From positions 16,308,001 through 16,372,000 of the forward strand of contig OZ076409.1 of the NCBI GenBank assembly GCA_964187785.1: a stretch of 64,000 nt of DNA, in the 5' to 3' direction. The position numbers and the translations under genes were made by a program. Positions 60,688 to 64,000 of this stretch are shown in pieces. The first letter of the stretch is position 1, and each line of letters opens with the position of its first letter. The notes under the pieces were generated by a model that worked only from the letters and a program-made list of their open reading frames with translations, was not told where the DNA came from and searched no databases. The stretch is from Amphiscolops sp. MND2022 (Eukaryota).

Positions 60688-61748
60688 TCAAAAAAACGTT
60701 GTTCTGTAATCAAAAAAACGTAGTCGTAAACAAAATCTTCCGGTTGAAAATTGTACCTCCTTTTCGCAAAGAACATTTCGAAAACAAAAATGCCCTCGAA
60801 ACTGAGATAGCAAAAGCTTATGCTGAAATCCTAAAACCATTCAAACCTCAAGTGCGAATGTACATTACAATTTCGAGAACTTTTGAAGAAAAATGGGGAA
60901 AACGACTTCACATTTTACATGTAACTGCCCCTGAAGAAGCGGAAGAAGACATCGAAAACATTAAAACTAAAGGTTTACAAATAATGGGCAGAACAGTATT
61001 TCCAACTGGAGACGATTTTTACCAAGTTCGTAATAGTCAATTTCCCCGGAAAGTGTGGGTAAAGATTAACAATTTGCCGTTTCTTTGCAGCGATGAAGTT
61101 TTACTCAGTCTACTAGACCTCCCAGAAGGAGTTGAGATTAGTGAAAATGTAACAAGAGAAACGATACAAACCGAAAATGGCACCATCCACAACGGAAAGG
61201 CAAAACTGTCAGTTGTGGTCCCAGACAGTGATAAACTCAAAGAACTCAAACAGTGGTCTTTGGAGAAAAGTCACATTTGCGTCACAAAATGGTTCGAAAT
61301 TCCGATTTATATGTCGACCCCAAGCCTGCACAAATGTGACGCTTGTGAAAAAGAAAATCGGAAATCGTACATTGGCCACGACATAGCGTGGTGCAGGGTT
61401 TTAAGGAAACCTGAAAAAACTGAGGAAGCTCCCGAAAGCTGCCAAGAAGAAACAGCGGACGAGTCACAAGCTGAACAAGAAAACGAAGTATGGGCTGACG
61501 CACCAACAAAATCCTTTCCAAACACAAACAAAAAGAACAAGAAAAGATCGAAGTCGAAATCCAAAGAGACCACCAGCCCTGGATTGATGCAGCAGAATAA
61601 ATTTCAGCTTCTTTCTACATCCAGTGACCAACCTGAAGCAATTCTAAGCGCAACGTCAACAATACAAATCCAGCCACCAAATCCAAAGAACCCGCAGCAC
61701 CCGGAAACGCCCTGTGAAGCACCCCTGGAAAGAAGCGACCATGGATGA
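60688..61748 (+). pseudogene. Family E ORF1 lacking its N-terminus/ATG
   Basis: RLKIVPP, GRTVFPT, INNLP, CDAC-X10-H-DIAW-C; no ATG before the conserved core. Confidence 0.8.
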
Positions 61749-64000
61749 AGAAATAGAAATTTTTTCAATTAATGCTAGAGGGTTAGCCTCAAATAAATCA
61801 AAATTAATTGAGATTTGCAACATTGTTAAGAAAAATAAAAAACATGAAACATTTTATGTACTGATACAAGAGACTAAGCTGGAAAAAATGAAACCGGAAC
61901 TTCTTAAAATAATTCAATATAACAATTTGTCTTTTTAAATAGTTCCCTCAGAAAATAAAAGTGGAGGTCTAATGATACTTTATGATAAAAACACCGAAAT
62001 AGAATTACTTGACAAGAACCAATGTTCCCTAACAATTCGAGACAAAAAATCGGATTCAATAATTATAAATACTTATGTGAATCCAAAACAGTACAATTTT
62101 CAGCCTCTCAAAGATACTATTGAAACACTAGAACTAACATGTGATCAAACTATTTATATGGGAGGGGATTTCAATGCCATCGATCCTTCAGATATCAATG
62201 AAGAAAACAAAACGTTCAATATGACTGTAAAATCAAATGATATTCGACTATTGCGATCCAAAAAACTAATACATTTGAACTCAAGTCTCCTTCTGATAGA
62301 TCTTGCGCAACTCTTACAGAATCGCCAACCAACGCATTTTGAAACACGGTCTGGAAAACAAAGCCGCATCGATTATATTTTTAGTAATAACCAAAATCTC
62401 ACCATCGAAAAAAAACAGGATCGAAACATTGCCCTTTGCTTTTTCCGACCACAAATGCCTCCACCTTTTTCGAAATAGCAACTATCAGTATTCTCAAAAA
62501 CTTTGGAAGCTCGATAACATTGTATTTAACTATCCGGAGAAAGTGAAGGAAATACTAGAAACATCTAAAGTCGCATCCGAAAAATTTGGGAACATTGTGT
62601 CTTGTCATGATATCTTTAAAGCGAAATTAAGAGATCAACTAAAATACCTTAGTGCTACAAGCAGGAAGATGCTAGTGAAACAAAAAGAAAAAATTCAGAT
62701 GGATATTGAAAAACTTGAAGAAAATGGTTCTAAGGGAAATTGTTCTGACCAACAGATCAAACAGAACTTAGAGCACCTGACATGCCTCAAAAATAATCTT
62801 CAATTGATCAAAAATGAAGAATCTGAAAATTCATTTCAACAAATCAAAAAATTCTTCAGGGAAGCCAATGATGGAAACACAAAAAATATCAAATGCTTAG
62901 CAAAAGCCTCAAGCTTAGCTAAGGATATCAAAAAGATTGAAAAACAAGATGGATCATTCACAGAAGATCCTGACGAAATTTTAAATGAATTCAAATCTTT
63001 TTATGAGAAACTTAGCCAACCAAAATGGAAACCAACAGAAACATCCTCGAAATCTCAGGATAAATTCATTGAAAAGTTTTTTAAACAAAAAAGGAAAAGC
63101 ATTGAAAACATTGAAAAATTGTTCAAAGAAACGTTGGAGGACCCCGACAACGAAATCACAGTATATGAAGTTGAAAAAGCTATCTCTAAACTGAACTCAA
63201 ACAGTGCTCCTGGATCGGATGGACTTACAAGTCAATTATACCAAAACCACAAAAACTTTTTTGCCCCGTATCTTTCAAATCTATTTAATAAAATCAATGA
63301 AAATGGAGAAGTTCCGGACTCATTTAAACATGCAATCATCAAAGTAATTCCTAAGAAGAATAATTCACTGAAGGTATCCGAATTTCGGCCAATTAGTCTC
63401 ATTAATACGGATCAAAAAATTCTTTCTCATGTTCTAGCAGAAAGACTTAAACCTATTTTATCAATATTAATTGGTAATCATCAAAACGCTCATTTACCAA
63501 ATAGAAATATACACATTGCCATACAAAAAATTCAGCATTACGCCCATGAAACTACTCGTAGTCAATCACTTATCGCTATTGACTTCAGTAAAGCTTGCGA
63601 CTGTGTAGAGCGTAGCTTTTTACAAAAACTGATTGAAAAAAGTCCAATCGATAAATTTACTCAAGAAATGATTTTACTTACGTACAAGGATACTTATGCT
63701 TTCATTGGAATGAAAAATGGAATTTCCACAAAATTCAAAATAGATAGAGGGGTGAGACAAGGCTGTCCTCTCTCAGCATTGATTTTCAATCTTTGCCTCG
63801 AACCTCTTCTACAAAGAATTCAAAAATCAAAATACATAAAATCAAAACAACAAACAAAATGTATCGCCTACGCAGATGATATAACGATCAGCCTCTACAA
63901 CAAATCTCTTCGGAAGCTATTGATAATATTGGATCATTTTCACGAAATAGCAGGCTTAGAAGTTAATTTAGCCAAAACTGAAATCCTTTCGAAAGCGGAC
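61741..64000 (+). pseudogene. Family E ORF2 (APE-RT) with in-frame TAA (61936-61938) and a frameshift near 62400-62440
   Basis: SINARGL, IQET, GGDFN, SRIDY, then SDHK, SAPGSDG, QGCPLS and YADD (63869) in another frame. Confidence 0.9.

Larger units (their letters stand above)
60688..64000 (+). mobile_element. Family E L1/Tx1-type element, probably 5'-truncated, runs off the window
   Basis: Begins after SL sequence AGCCTAATTGTTGTGATAA; ORF1 and ORF2 homologous to D and A but clearly divergent. Confidence 0.92.

Overview
Eukaryotic (animal) tandem array of a 904-bp unit. Each unit carries a spliced-leader (SL) RNA gene followed by a 5S rRNA gene on the same strand (24 5S copies, 25 SL loci). 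The SL RNA has the exon ...GCCTAATTGTTGTGATAAACTTATTAAATAG|GTAAG, three hairpins and an Sm site AATTTTTGA. From memory, and unverified, this leader resembles one reported for an acoel worm. Sixteen of the 25 SL loci are interrupted, all in sense orientation and at the same exon site, by five distinct non-LTR retroelement families with 11-19 bp target-site duplications (TSDs) starting at AGCCTAATTGT. Three families (A x3, D x1, E x1) are two-ORF L1/Tx1-type elements with ORF1 plus APE-endonuclease/RT. Two families (B x2, C x9) encode only an ORF1-like protein, lack RT, and share an extra C-terminal domain absent from the autonomous ORF1s. The four families whose 3' ends are visible end in the same motif, AATWMATTCTTTA. 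One further SL gene carries a 113-bp insertion with a 17-bp TSD across the splice donor, largely complementary to the SL RNA itself. Only 8 SL genes are uninterrupted. No ordinary host protein-coding gene is evident.
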